This document shows, piece by piece, positions 52,906 through 62,334 of a DNA stretch of 64,000 nucleotides (positions are counted from its first letter, which is position 1; every line of letters begins with the position of its first letter). The notes under the pieces were generated by a model that searched no databases, was not told where the DNA came from, and saw nothing but the letters and a program-made list of their open reading frames with translations. The translations under genes were made by a program, and so were the position numbers. The stretch lies in sequence record OK905446.1; one strand, 5' to 3'.

Positions 52906-53729
52906 TACGCACCTACAATTTGTTTCAAGTCACGAGCAATTTTCTCGTAACGTTCTGCCATGATTTCGTTTGTCACGCTTTCGCGCATAGAAACAAGAGT
53001 GTCACCGCGCAATGCGTCAGCTTCTTTCTCAAGCTTCTCGATGTACATACGAAGATTAGATGAAAGACCGTCAGCAACATCATGATTCCATGCCATGCGT
53101 TTGTTGCTGAAACGCTTATCTTCAGTCACTTCGCGAATGAACTCAAACGGAGCGACGAATGAATCTGCTTCTTCTTCGTCTTTGAATTCAGCTTCGATGA
53201 TGTAAAACGGACGATTTGTTAGACGATCAGCGTCATAATGCACTTCGTCAACTTCGCCTGTCCACCGAACTTTCTGAATCAAGCCGGTCGGTTGAACTTC
53301 AGTTGTGTTTCGATTTAGCTCATCGTCTTTGTCAATCGCGTCGGTGATCAGGTCAGCATAACCCCATACTAACGGGATATTGATTTCTCGCTTCGAGATA
53401 CCATCGCCATGAGGTAGCTTGATTGTGAATTCTAGCTTGTCAAAGAACAGTTCAGAAGTCGTCAAGCGCATACGAGCACCTAGCTTGCGTAGATTAACGC
53501 CAGTTAGATCAGGACAGTCTTTAGGTGCGTCTATGACGTACTCGCGACCTTTCTTAACTTTGCTGTTAATGTGAAACGCGCCGTCGATGTAGCTAACTTC
53601 GTCTTTCTTAAAGTAACGCTGAAAGATATTAAGCTTCATTGCACCATTATCACGATAGTGCAACCAATTTACAAACTCTCGGTATTGCTCAGAAGTTACT
53701 AGCCATTTACGTTCGATTTCAATTTCCAT
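52905..53729 (-). CDS. CYTH-domain (triphosphate tunnel metalloenzyme) protein
   Basis: EIEIERKWLV, REIN, KVRW, IIEAEF, FSN. Confidence 0.8.
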   Translation of the reverse strand: MEIEIERKWLVTSEQYREFVNWLHYRDNGAMKLNIFQRYFKKDEVSYIDGAFHINSKVKKGREYVIDAPKDCPDLTGVNLRKLGARMRLTTSELFFDKLEFTIKLPHGDGISKREINIPLVWGYADLITDAIDKDDELNRNTTEVQPTGLIQKVRWTGEVDEVHYDADRLTNRPFYIIEAEFKDEEEADSFVAPFEFIREVTEDKRFSNKRMAWNHDVADGLSSNLRMYIEKLEKEADALRGDTLVSMRESVTNEIMAERYEKIARDLKQIVGA

Positions 53730-54016
53730 TATTCTGCCGCTCGTGTAATAAAGTTGTCGTTCTCATCAAGTCCGTGGTATTCTTTGTAATGCGCATCGAC
53801 TAGTTGCTTAACAATCGTTGCATTTAACCCGCGTGCTGCTTGAATGAGTTTAATATCGTGCTCGATTGATGTAATCTGCACTGCAATATCAGTGATTATT
53901 GCTTGAACCGTTGCAATGTCACTACCTTGTTTGTGAGGTAACGCGACAACCCACCCGAATTGTTCTTTCTTCAGAGATTCAAGCTTTTCGTTTAGTAAGT
54001 CAAGTGTATATTGCAT
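53729..54016 (-). CDS. hypothetical protein
   Basis: TAATG coupling. Confidence 0.7.
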   Translation of the reverse strand: MQYTLDLLNEKLESLKKEQFGWVVALPHKQGSDIATVQAIITDIAVQITSIEHDIKLIQAARGLNATIVKQLVDAHYKEYHGLDENDNFITRAAE

Positions 54017-54288
54017 TAGACAGTCTCCACAGTTTTGTCTAGCTTACCGCATTTGGCACATTTAAGAATGATGATACGCTTTCGCTTGGTAAGCTCTTCA
54101 AGGGCGTATGAATTACGAGCCGATGGGACTTTACCCGTCATTTCACCGTATTTCTCACCCATTGATTGTGATGTCTCGTCGATGACTTTGACCCAATCAT
54201 GCTTGCACTTGTCTTTTTTGGTGATAAGAAACACAGCAATGCAAGCACATACTAATGAAAATATACCCCATTCCATGATTAGCTCCAC
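54016..54288 (-). CDS. membrane-anchored Cys/His protein
   Basis: TM helix, CKHDW...CAKCG. Confidence 0.7.
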   Translation of the reverse strand: MELIMEWGIFSLVCACIAVFLITKKDKCKHDWVKVIDETSQSMGEKYGEMTGKVPSARNSYALEELTKRKRIIILKCAKCGKLDKTVETV

Positions 54289-54743
54289 TTACGGTCGAAA
54301 GAAACAGTGTTGATGATGTAATCTTGAATATCACTACACCACTCGATTGTGTAACGCTGCTCGTGTGTGCATATACGATCTTCGTTCCACGTGACTGAGC
54401 ATTCATTGATTAGATTCTCAACGTCAGTGATTGTACGTTCGCTTGCACGCTCTGAGAACAACACGTCGAATGAATCTTCAGTGATGATAACAATCGTGTA
54501 GCTATTGCTATGAAAGTTGATTGTCGCGTCAACTGGATCAAGCACATTGAAGTGTTCATAAAGAGACACGCGAGGGTGGATCGCTTCGAATACGAATTGA
54601 TTGTACTTTGCAGCGTACAAGCGAATGGCAGTACCTTCGACATTGTGAATCATTTCTTCCCAAATACGAAGCCCAGTTTCGCGTTCAACATCGGTGTAAG
54701 ACCAAAGTACAGGTGATAGTGGGTTAATCATAAGTTTCTCCAA
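54279..54743 (-). CDS. hypothetical protein
   Basis: Operon packing. Confidence 0.7.
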   Translation of the reverse strand: MEKLMINPLSPVLWSYTDVERETGLRIWEEMIHNVEGTAIRLYAAKYNQFVFEAIHPRVSLYEHFNVLDPVDATINFHSNSYTIVIITEDSFDVLFSERASERTITDVENLINECSVTWNEDRICTHEQRYTIEWCSDIQDYIINTVSFDRKWS

Positions 54744-55034
54744 TTAAAGTGAAATACCGTAAACGCGGTCAGTGTCGTTTTCTTCGTAGATTTCAAGAAG
54801 CAGTTCTGACATAGATTCGTTGAAGATTAGACCGCATTCATCTTCAAAGTCAAAGTCGCTTTCTTTTACTGCATTTGCAAGAGCAAGAACATCTTCACGA
54901 GACATTACTAGATGGTACAACGTGTAACTAGAAACATGCTTCTTTTGAACGAAGTTCATGATTGGCGCGCTTAATGCTGAATCAAGAGTCGCAAAGATGG
55001 CTAGTTGTTCTTGGTTAGTAGATAGTGTAATCAT
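54744..55034 (-). CDS. hypothetical protein
   Basis: Start MITLST after the conserved GAGAACATT leader. Confidence 0.75.
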   Translation of the reverse strand: MITLSTNQEQLAIFATLDSALSAPIMNFVQKKHVSSYTLYHLVMSREDVLALANAVKESDFDFEDECGLIFNESMSELLLEIYEENDTDRVYGISL

Positions 55035-55046
55035 AATGTTCTCTTT

Positions 55047-55106
55047 CGTATCTCGTTTCGATAAAGCTATGATACGAAAAAGGGCTGCACAATGCAACCC
55101 TTTTTT
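55047..55106 (-). promoter_or_regulatory. promoter/terminator hybrid cassette
   Basis: TTGCAT-N17-TATCAT within hairpin GGGTTGCA/TGCAGCCC-TTTTT. Confidence 0.8.
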
Positions 55107-55108
55107 GA

Positions 55109-55264
55109 TTATTTTTTGCCTTTAGCGTGACACTTATCACAAAGCATTAGACCGACACCATCACTTGATGCATCGTCAGCCCCACATACTTCGCATTTGA
55201 TTGGCTTTCTACCTACGCAAATCCCGATCAGTACGAATGCCAACACGATTAACAGTGTTTTCAT
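55109..55264 (-). CDS. small membrane zinc-finger protein (51 aa)
   Basis: Hand translation MKTLLIVLAFVLIGICVGRKPIKCEVC...CDKC; ATGA overlap. Confidence 0.6.
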   Translation of the reverse strand: MKTLLIVLAFVLIGICVGRKPIKCEVCGADDASSDGVGLMLCDKCHAKGKK

Positions 55265-55539
55265 AGAACCACACCTACATCTTTCAAGAACACTTTGTTA
55301 CCTTTGTATTCAAAGTATTTCCCACGTTTGCGATCATCGAGAACAGCAGTGAAGCGAACAATACCAACTCGACCTGTAATGTTGTTTCTAAGTGCATACG
55401 CGATTCGGTTTGCATTTCTAGAAATCTCGGCAATCACGAGTTGCTTATTACCTAGATTAACATTGGTGTACGCGAATGGCACATGAAACCAGTTGTATTG
55501 CATTTCAGTACCAGACGCATTGAAGAACGTAGTTTTCAT
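55261..55539 (-). CDS. hypothetical protein
   Basis: Operon packing. Confidence 0.7.
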   Translation of the reverse strand: MKTTFFNASGTEMQYNWFHVPFAYTNVNLGNKQLVIAEISRNANRIAYALRNNITGRVGIVRFTAVLDDRKRGKYFEYKGNKVFLKDVGVVL

Positions 55540-55540
55540 T

Positions 55541-55912
55541 TTAGTACTCGTAGTTTTCTAGTTCAGCGCGAAGCTCTTCGGTGAGTTCAACTTCGGTGTT
55601 CGTTGTTTCATTGCAAGTAACAAACCACTTGCCGTCGCGGAACATGTAGTCGTATTCTTGTTCTTGAACGTCAGCGTAGATCTCAAGTTCTTCGCCGCGA
55701 TCACGATGATAGAAAACACTGTCTTCAATCGTACCGCTAAGTGAGCTACAGTTACCTTGATCGATAAGTGCGTTGACTTCGCTTTCAGTACGATAGAACT
55801 CGATTAGAGTTTGTGCTACGCCACCATCCCACATACCGCCATCCCAGTGACAGTAGATTGAACGAATTGTGCCGTCGATGTTTGTAATGCTAATGCTTGA
55901 ATTTGTGCTCAT
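55541..55912 (-). CDS. conserved phage hypothetical protein
   Basis: SIYCHWDG, GNCSSL, EYDYMF. Confidence 0.8.
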   Translation of the reverse strand: MSTNSSISITNIDGTIRSIYCHWDGGMWDGGVAQTLIEFYRTESEVNALIDQGNCSSLSGTIEDSVFYHRDRGEELEIYADVQEQEYDYMFRDGKWFVTCNETTNTEVELTEELRAELENYEY

Positions 55913-56024
55913 TAAATCTTCCTCAATATGTTAACGATTGAATTTTCGTTCATTATAACCCAAGGAGCTTAACAGTGTCGCAAGACACTGAGCTCCGCAG
56001 GAACGCCGATTTTTTGTACTATTT

Positions 56025-56768
56025 CTATACAGGTACGTATTCAGTTGCCGAGCCGTGTGCGCCTTCGATGGTACGTGGCACGGCTTTCTCAACAACCCCG
56101 TTGAAATTAAAGTCAGCAAGCGAGATTGCACCTTGCTGATCGTCACCATTTCCGAATTCATTCACTGGGTTTACGTCTACCTTGATGATGTCTTCGGCAG
56201 GGTACACCTCGTTTTCGGGAATTGTGTAGAAAACACCGCCCGTGTGATACAGAAGCTTCCATCTTCCCCAACCATCCTCGGTAAACGTCTGAACACGGAA
56301 GATAGCGTTGCGCCTTGGCATCTGAATCGTGTAGCGAGTGTCACACTCAGGGCAATGGCGTACTGAACGACCTTTATTGTCCCACGAACGTGCGCTAAGA
56401 ACGCTGTAGTCGTCAGTATCGCATAGACATTTATCGTCTGGGGTTTGATAGTGATAGCGCATGATCTCAACGGAAGTCGCAATACCGCAGAAGTATGGCG
56501 CGTGAATTGCTTCTTTTGGCACACGCTCGTCAATAACGTAGGCATAACGATAGTTTTGTTGCTTATTGTCTCTAAACAATAGCACTTCGATTTGCCCGTC
56601 AGGCAAGTAACCGTTAGCGACTAGATGTTGAAGATTCTCTGCCCATAGATTGACAAAGTAATAGCCTTGTGTGTTGCTACAGTAATTGCCGTGTGCGAAT
56701 GGGAATGAACCTGATACACCACATAGAGACATCATACCAACTTTCGCGTCTATTTTAATTTTTTTCAT
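56025..56768 (-). CDS. Cys-rich hypothetical protein
   Basis: Likely start MKKIKID; CLC...CPEC. Confidence 0.7.
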   Translation of the reverse strand: MKKIKIDAKVGMMSLCGVSGSFPFAHGNYCSNTQGYYFVNLWAENLQHLVANGYLPDGQIEVLLFRDNKQQNYRYAYVIDERVPKEAIHAPYFCGIATSVEIMRYHYQTPDDKCLCDTDDYSVLSARSWDNKGRSVRHCPECDTRYTIQMPRRNAIFRVQTFTEDGWGRWKLLYHTGGVFYTIPENEVYPAEDIIKVDVNPVNEFGNGDDQQGAISLADFNFNGVVEKAVPRTIEGAHGSATEYVPV

Positions 56769-56917
56769 TTGATACCACATCTGAGATAAGTGAAACACCG
56801 AATCCGATTACAACCATAGCAGGTGCGACAAGCATCATAGGGTTGTGTGCGTATAGAGTAGGCGACATTACGCCTACTGCATAGATTGATACTATTCGAA
56901 ATAGCGTGAATATTGCT

Positions 56918-57190
56918 TTAGGCATCTTTCTTACCACGCTTGAGCTTACCAATCAGAACCTGAAATGGCTTTTTAATATCACCAAAGAACGTTTCTTTGT
57001 TCTTGTCATACATGAACATGACTAGCACTACACTCATACCGATACTCATTCCCGGCATTAGACCGATTAGCATTGGTACATACGACTCATACATTGATGA
57101 AGCAGTCCACAAGTTTAGGAGAACAAGACTCGCATGAAGATAAGTCAATACTACGTGTGGTAGCCAGATAGTTTGCTTTGCTTCAGTCAT
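56918..57190 (-). CDS. membrane protein
   Basis: Two hydrophobic helices; GGAG RBS. Confidence 0.7.
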   Translation of the reverse strand: MTEAKQTIWLPHVVLTYLHASLVLLNLWTASSMYESYVPMLIGLMPGMSIGMSVVLVMFMYDKNKETFFGDIKKPFQVLIGKLKRGKKDA

Positions 57191-57192
57191 TG

Positions 57193-57432
57193 TTAGTCTC
57201 CCAACTCAAGTACTTCGATGATTTCTGAAATTGCCATGCCAGCCGCGACATCTGCGCCTAGTCGTGCAATAGCCATACCTCGGATTTCACCTTCAGTTAG
57301 ACCGTCGATGATCTCAACTGCGTCGCGAATCGGAGATGTTGCGTGATACACAGTCTGACCAACTGGATCGTCAATGAAGTCGTCTACTGTGCGTGATACG
57401 CTGTCTACTACGCTATCAAAAATACCAAACAT
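57193..57432 (-). CDS. hypothetical protein
   Basis: GAGG RBS. Confidence 0.75.
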   Translation of the reverse strand: MFGIFDSVVDSVSRTVDDFIDDPVGQTVYHATSPIRDAVEIIDGLTEGEIRGMAIARLGADVAAGMAISEIIEVLELGD

Positions 57433-57443
57433 GATGTGTCCTC

Positions 57444-57746
57444 TTAGTGAAAAGTAAGTGTTGCGTTGTCTGCTAGGCGAAATAGATTTGACTCATCGAG
57501 TCTTGAATCGCCGACGAATGTGTAAATGCTGTCTTCGTCGAACACTGCAACATATGCACCACGAATCAACCCGACGTGAGTGGTGAACACTTCTTCAGTG
57601 CGAATGTTCTGTACTCGAATCGGCATACCGACTTGTACAATTTGTTCGATGTCAAAGGCTGTTAACTTCAGCATATCAATTTCCTTATTTGAATAGTTCG
57701 TTTTTAGAGTCTGCGTATAGTGAGCGATACTTTGAAGCACGCTCAA
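57444..57746 (-). CDS. hypothetical protein
   Basis: Real start probably MLKLT at about 57675. Confidence 0.6.
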   Translation of the reverse strand: MSVLQSIAHYTQTLKTNYSNKEIDMLKLTAFDIEQIVQVGMPIRVQNIRTEEVFTTHVGLIRGAYVAVFDEDSIYTFVGDSRLDESNLFRLADNATLTFH

Positions 57747-58038
57747 ACTTGTACATGCCAGTTTCCATTAGTTCAGCGTTGTCAAGAAACGCATATGTTT
57801 CTTTTTCTACGTTGATGCGACACAAGCTAGTACGGTCATCATTCATTACGCGGTACACGTTTGAGTGATCAATTGATGCATTCTCAAGAAAAGCTTTTTC
57901 GAACTCATCAAGTGCAACGATAACCCAGCCGTCAGCTTGGTTGAATTCATTGTTGAACCAACCTAGTACTTCGGTTGTGATTTCAAGTTCGATGTGAGTT
58001 GTGCTTGTTACTGCGTTGTCTCGTAGAAAAGTTCTCAT
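57685..58038 (-). CDS. hypothetical protein
   Basis: Start MRTFL after the conserved leader. Confidence 0.75.
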   Translation of the reverse strand: MRTFLRDNAVTSTTHIELEITTEVLGWFNNEFNQADGWVIVALDEFEKAFLENASIDHSNVYRVMNDDRTSLCRINVEKETYAFLDNAELMETGMYKFERASKYRSLYADSKNELFK

Positions 58039-58049
58039 AATGTTCTCTT

Positions 58050-58110
58050 TCGTATCTCGTTTCGATGTAGCTATATTAAGGCTATTCGACATTTCATGCA
58101 ACCGTTTTTT
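58050..58110 (-). promoter_or_regulatory. early promoter cassette
   Basis: TTGCAT-N17-TAATAT; leader shared with the 55047 cassette. Confidence 0.8.
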
Positions 58111-58150
58111 GCAATTTTTTCAATAAACCGAAAAAAGACGCCTCGGCGTC

Positions 58151-58372
58151 TTAAAAGTATGATGGTTCATAGAACTGACCGAAGTACACGATACCAATAC
58201 ACGTGAAAAATGTCACGATGCAGATTTTGATGATCGTTGGTCGGTCTTCGTCGTTGCTTGGCAAGTCGCCAAGTGCGCCCGCGGTCATGAATGCCAAGAA
58301 CCCACTAATAATCGCCAGTAGAGTAAAGATTAATGGCGATTTGATGATCATGAAGTGAATTGCGTCAAACAT
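58151..58372 (-). CDS. small membrane protein
   Basis: Two TM helices. Confidence 0.7.
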   Translation of the reverse strand: MFDAIHFMIIKSPLIFTLLAIISGFLAFMTAGALGDLPSNDEDRPTIIKICIVTFFTCIGIVYFGQFYEPSYF

Positions 58373-58374
58373 TA

Positions 58375-58641
58375 CTAACCTCGTCTAGGTGCTAGTTCTG
58401 GTAAATGACTCATGACAGTATCCTTCGACCATGCCATGCCGTATGCGATTACATAATCCCAATCGACACCTTTCTTCATTGTGCCGTTTAGAATCTCACT
58501 GCGTTCGATGTCGTCTGCAATATCTGCAAGGAAATGCTCTTCATGGAAGAACCAGCCGCAGTTGCAGAAAATATGACCTAAGTGTTCGCGTTCACCGTTT
58601 TCATGAACGGCAAAGAAATGTGCAGTACTAGGTGCGCTCAT
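58375..58641 (-). CDS. hypothetical protein
   Basis: Operon packing. Confidence 0.7.
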   Translation of the reverse strand: MSAPSTAHFFAVHENGEREHLGHIFCNCGWFFHEEHFLADIADDIERSEILNGTMKKGVDWDYVIAYGMAWSKDTVMSHLPELAPRRG

Positions 58642-58837
58642 TTTTCAAGTCCTTAAAGTAGAAGTTGCCACCGTGTGCTATCTTCATATAAGAATGAGCA
58701 GCACGCTTTTTATCCGGGTTGCCGTGAAAGAAGCTAAGATCGCGCATTATCTCTTCCATGAGTAATGTTTTCTCGCGATTATTCAAGTCCCTTAACTTGC
58801 TTCGTATGTCATCAAGCTTTGATTCGTCTATTTGCAT
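58628..58837 (-). CDS. hypothetical protein
   Basis: TAATG coupling. Confidence 0.7.
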   Translation of the reverse strand: MQIDESKLDDIRSKLRDLNNREKTLLMEEIMRDLSFFHGNPDKKRAAHSYMKIAHGGNFYFKDLKNERT

Positions 58838-59340
58838 TACATTAAAAACCGTCGTTCGAGTTTTTCACGAACTTCATCGAAGACATTCATCATCGTTTCG
58901 AGGTGATAGCGATCACGTTTAAGATAACGACCGTCAGCGTATCGACTTTTCTGAAGAGCGATTTCGATGATCTCAATGTCTTTATCGCAGTAGCTAACCC
59001 ACCATTCAGCATGAATCGGGTACTCTTCATCGACAAGATGATGCGGGTAATACAAGTAAAGTCTAGATGTATCGCCATTGTAAATGCGATCTGCTTCTTC
59101 TTGTCGTAGTCGAGTCATGATTTTATGACGTTTGCCGTCGATGATTGCGTTTTTCAACGTGCGAGACACTGCCATTGTATGACATTGAGCCATTCTAAAA
59201 CGCTGCTCTTCAGTTAGCATTTTACAATCACGCCAATACGGTTCGACTTTATCAAATACGTAATGCAGACATTGCATTTCTTCATGAGTGCTGTGCTCGA
59301 AGTTCTCACGTAAATTGAATTTCTTATACGCCATCGCCAA
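58837..59340 (-). CDS. hypothetical protein
   Basis: Operon packing. Confidence 0.7.
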   Translation of the reverse strand: MAMAYKKFNLRENFEHSTHEEMQCLHYVFDKVEPYWRDCKMLTEEQRFRMAQCHTMAVSRTLKNAIIDGKRHKIMTRLRQEEADRIYNGDTSRLYLYYPHHLVDEEYPIHAEWWVSYCDKDIEIIEIALQKSRYADGRYLKRDRYHLETMMNVFDEVREKLERRFLM

Positions 59341-59617
59341 TCCAACCTTTTGTACGCAATTGCTCGTAGCCGTTAAGCATTACTTGACAATCAACGCTAT
59401 TACGGTCGAGATCGTGAATGAATGCAAGCTGTAACGCTTTGTCGAGTGCTTGCGGTAGTGCGTTATCAAAGACAACTGCCACAACGTCTGTGTCTGGGAA
59501 ACGTTTTGTAAATTCACCGGTTGTTTTGAAGACGCCATTTACGGCGTCTTTTACTTCGTCCCACGTGTTCATGAGTTTGCCTCTTCGTATTCGTTTTTCA
59601 TGCCTTCTTTGTGCCAT
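59324..59617 (-). CDS. hypothetical protein
   Basis: Real start probably MNTWD at 59572. Confidence 0.6.
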   Translation of the reverse strand: MAQRRHEKRIRRGKLMNTWDEVKDAVNGVFKTTGEFTKRFPDTDVVAVVFDNALPQALDKALQLAFIHDLDRNSVDCQVMLNGYEQLRTKGWIGDGV

Positions 59618-60243
59618 ACGTAAATTGCGTATGCTGCGTTGGCTAAGAATACACAGTATTCAGCAGCGACTACAATCACACCTTGAGTGCTGTAATTCAC
59701 GATACACACGACGTTTACTGCTAACCAGAACCACCACGCTTCGACTTTACGTTGGATCATGAGCATGAATGCCATTACGCTTGCAACGGTCGTAAATGCA
59801 TCTTGAACAGCGAGTTCAGCCGGCACGTGAACATAGTCTGTCACGAGCAGAGACCCACTGAAATGCATGATTGGGTCGATGAAGTACGCGAGTGCAGCAG
59901 TACCAACCAAAGTCGTTACAAGAGCAGCTACGAACTTTCGCATTTTCAAGTATCTGATCTTGACTTCGTTCTCACCTTGCTTGTTCCATTGATAGAAGCC
60001 GACTATCGACATAGCAATGAAGAATCCCTGCAAGAGAACGTCGCTATACAACTGAATCTGGAAGAACAGAATTGCAAACCCGATACAGTTCACAATGCCG
60101 ACGGTGAAGTTGTGCTTCATGTTCATTCGCGCCATGATTACGCAAACTAAACCAGTGATTGTAGCCCAAAGTTCTAGACCTGAGACTGCATATGTACCGA
60201 TTGAAAACACGGTATGGTTGATATTAAACAGTAGTTCAAACAT
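59569..60243 (-). CDS. pnuC: nicotinamide riboside transporter PnuC
   Basis: ELWATITG, LYSDVLLQ, GFYQW, DAFTT, QRKVEAWWFW. Confidence 0.95.
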   Translation of the reverse strand: MFELLFNINHTVFSIGTYAVSGLELWATITGLVCVIMARMNMKHNFTVGIVNCIGFAILFFQIQLYSDVLLQGFFIAMSIVGFYQWNKQGENEVKIRYLKMRKFVAALVTTLVGTAALAYFIDPIMHFSGSLLVTDYVHVPAELAVQDAFTTVASVMAFMLMIQRKVEAWWFWLAVNVVCIVNYSTQGVIVVAAEYCVFLANAAYAIYVWHKEGMKNEYEEANS

Positions 60244-60267
60244 AATATATTTCTCTCAAATTGATTG

Positions 60268-60534
60268 TTAGCGACGTAGTTTGTTCAGCTTGTCGAACAC
60301 ATCATTGCCATATACGAGTTGCATTAGCTGCTCATATGCCCATTGCGTGTCGAGTTCTCGTTCGTTAAGCTCGTCTTCAAGATAAGATTGTGCAAGTTTC
60401 ACGAGTTTTGATTCGATTTCTTGAACTGGTGTCTTGTCAATTACGACTTTGATACTACCAAGTAATTCGCGTTCAGCTTCACGTCGCGCTAGTTCTTCGC
60501 GAAGATCGTTTTCAGTGTAATTTTTCAAACTCAT
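60268..60534 (-). CDS. hypothetical protein
   Basis: GGAG RBS; promoter TTGACA-N17-TAACAT at about 60562-60590. Confidence 0.75.
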   Translation of the reverse strand: MSLKNYTENDLREELARREAERELLGSIKVVIDKTPVQEIESKLVKLAQSYLEDELNERELDTQWAYEQLMQLVYGNDVFDKLNKLRR

Positions 60535-60574
60535 TCTTAGTTCTCCTGTGTTGATGTCATCATGTTACATGGGT

Positions 60575-60599
60575 TATAAATACCTGTCAAGTATAAATA
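60575..60599 (+). promoter_or_regulatory. tandem late promoters
   Basis: TATAAATA at 60575-60582 and 60592-60599. Confidence 0.65.
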
Positions 60600-60630
60600 C
60601 AGTATATCTTATCAAAATAAGGAGAAAGAT

Positions 60631-60651
60631 ATGACAACTCCAACACATTAA
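60631..60651 (+). pseudogene. 6-codon mini-ORF (MTTPTH), possible remnant of a deleted late gene
   Basis: AAGGAG RBS and two late promoters but stop after 6 codons. Confidence 0.35.
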
Positions 60652-60671
60652 TCTAACTGACTAGCATTGCG

Positions 60672-61031
60672 CTAGCCTTTTTTAATGTATTTCTTCCCGA
60701 CTCCCGTGAGGAATCGAACAATGAATGGTGTGGCGATTAACAACCAAACGACTGCGCTCTGCTCTAGTACGAATAAGCTGATTAGCATTAAAACCGTACC
60801 GCAGATCAAGTCAAGCATGAAATACGCTATCGCGTGATCGTCAGATTCCATGTAATTGCCAAACAGCCAACTCCACTTGAACGACTGGTATTTGTCTGCA
60901 TACTCAACGAACGGGAATTCAGTTCTGAACATGAAGTTCACAAGAAACCCACCAGCGCATAGCACAACTGGTATTAGCAAGTTGATAAGCCACGCCAGAA
61001 TCACAATTGATGCTATCGTTTTCATTAACAT
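60672..61031 (-). CDS. membrane protein
   Basis: Three to four hydrophobic helices. Confidence 0.7.
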   Translation of the reverse strand: MLMKTIASIVILAWLINLLIPVVLCAGGFLVNFMFRTEFPFVEYADKYQSFKWSWLFGNYMESDDHAIAYFMLDLICGTVLMLISLFVLEQSAVVWLLIATPFIVRFLTGVGKKYIKKG

Positions 61032-61423
61032 TTCTTCACCTTAATAACGACTGTTCGAATCACTGCAAACAATAGAATTGCAGCAGGGATGATTGGGAAT
61101 AAGTTGCCTAGTAGAAATAACACGCCAAGCACTACCACATCAAAACATATGAATGTGAAACACCAGAATGGCAGATCATCGTACGAATTCTTTTCGAAAT
61201 GCGCTCGTTGCTCTTCAGTAAACAACCCGCCGTATTTGAAACCCTGCAAACGGTCGAGATAGTGACCCCATTCGATGTTCATCATGAACGCGCCTTTTAA
61301 AAACAGCGTGACTACGATTGCAATTACAACAATTGCTAAGTTAATACCCCAGACTATGAACATTTTACTTTCTCTTTTAGCATTGATACATGACAAGCGG
61401 TCTCGTGAAGACGCTCTTCCCAA
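61025..61423 (-). CDS. membrane protein, similar in layout to 60672-61031
   Basis: Real start probably MFIVW at about 61363. Confidence 0.6.
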   Translation of the reverse strand: MGRASSRDRLSCINAKRESKMFIVWGINLAIVVIAIVVTLFLKGAFMMNIEWGHYLDRLQGFKYGGLFTEEQRAHFEKNSYDDLPFWCFTFICFDVVVLGVLFLLGNLFPIIPAAILLFAVIRTVVIKVKKC

Positions 61424-62334
61424 TTCTGACCTTTCTGAACAGTCATAAACGGCTTACCGGTTTTAATCAAGAGTTCTCGTGCGATTTCAAACCACAGTTC
61501 TCGTTCACCTTGCGATTGAGTACGAGTGCCGTCTTGAACAAACTCACAGTTCGGGCGAAACAGCACATACGCATCAATGCTTTCATATGCAGCTAGTGCT
61601 TTCAGCAATGTTGGTGTTTCATTGAACTGAAAGTGACTGTAAACAGCCGACGTAATGGCAGAAGAATCAACGATTACAGTGTCACTTTCTTTGCCAGTTG
61701 CTTCAATACGTGCAGTTTGTGCAATTGCGAACTCTAGAACGTCGTGCTCAGTGTAGTGATTGTCGCTCATGATGTCGCGTGCTGCTTCAAGCACGAGTTC
61801 ATAACCGTTTGCAGCCGCGATTGATGCTGCGTTCCATGACTTGCCGCATGACTCGGGACCGATGAATGCAATACGTGTTACTCGATCTTGCTGTGCGCTC
61901 GGGCTGTAGAACTCGTGTGAATTGTTCTCGCGAACCGACGTGCTTGAGCAAGGTGTGATCTCGCGTTCTTCGTCGTAAATGATTCCATCAAAGTTACCGT
62001 ACTCAGCACAGTAATTGATGTATTGTTCTGAACCAACGAACGCATCAATTTCTGGATAGTTGTCGTCGATGTACGCTGCCCATTGCTTCGATACTTCGCG
62101 ATCCGATTCTGACTTGTTAGACAAACCTTCGTCGCTTGGACAAATCACACTAATGCGAATGCGATTCCCGAAATCTTGGTGCATCCACTTCATGCGAGTT
62201 TCGACATCAATCGGATCGCTGTCTTCAGTGCAAAGCAGTACGGTAACTTTATCTGCTAATGACAATGCGTATTTGATTAGCTTAAAGTGACCTTGATGGT
62301 AGTTGTTAAATTTTCCAATTACACCCGCGTGCAT
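61354..62334 (-). CDS. nadR: NadR-like NMN adenylyltransferase / ribosylnicotinamide kinase
   Basis: GKF...HQGH, GSEQY, GPESCGKS, VDSSAITS, DGTR. Confidence 0.92.
   Translation of the reverse strand: MHAGVIGKFNNYHQGHFKLIKYALSLADKVTVLLCTEDSDPIDVETRMKWMHQDFGNRIRISVICPSDEGLSNKSESDREVSKQWAAYIDDNYPEIDAFVGSEQYINYCAEYGNFDGIIYDEEREITPCSSTSVRENNSHEFYSPSAQQDRVTRIAFIGPESCGKSWNAASIAAANGYELVLEAARDIMSDNHYTEHDVLEFAIAQTARIEATGKESDTVIVDSSAITSAVYSHFQFNETPTLLKALAAYESIDAYVLFRPNCEFVQDGTRTQSQGERELWFEIARELLIKTGKPFMTVQKGQNWEERLHETACHVSMLKEKVKCS

Noticed and set aside
54744-58101. Shared SKRDTKENIM peptide in two ORF-track proteins
   Set aside because: Artefact of translating the conserved promoter leader; real starts are 55034 and 58038
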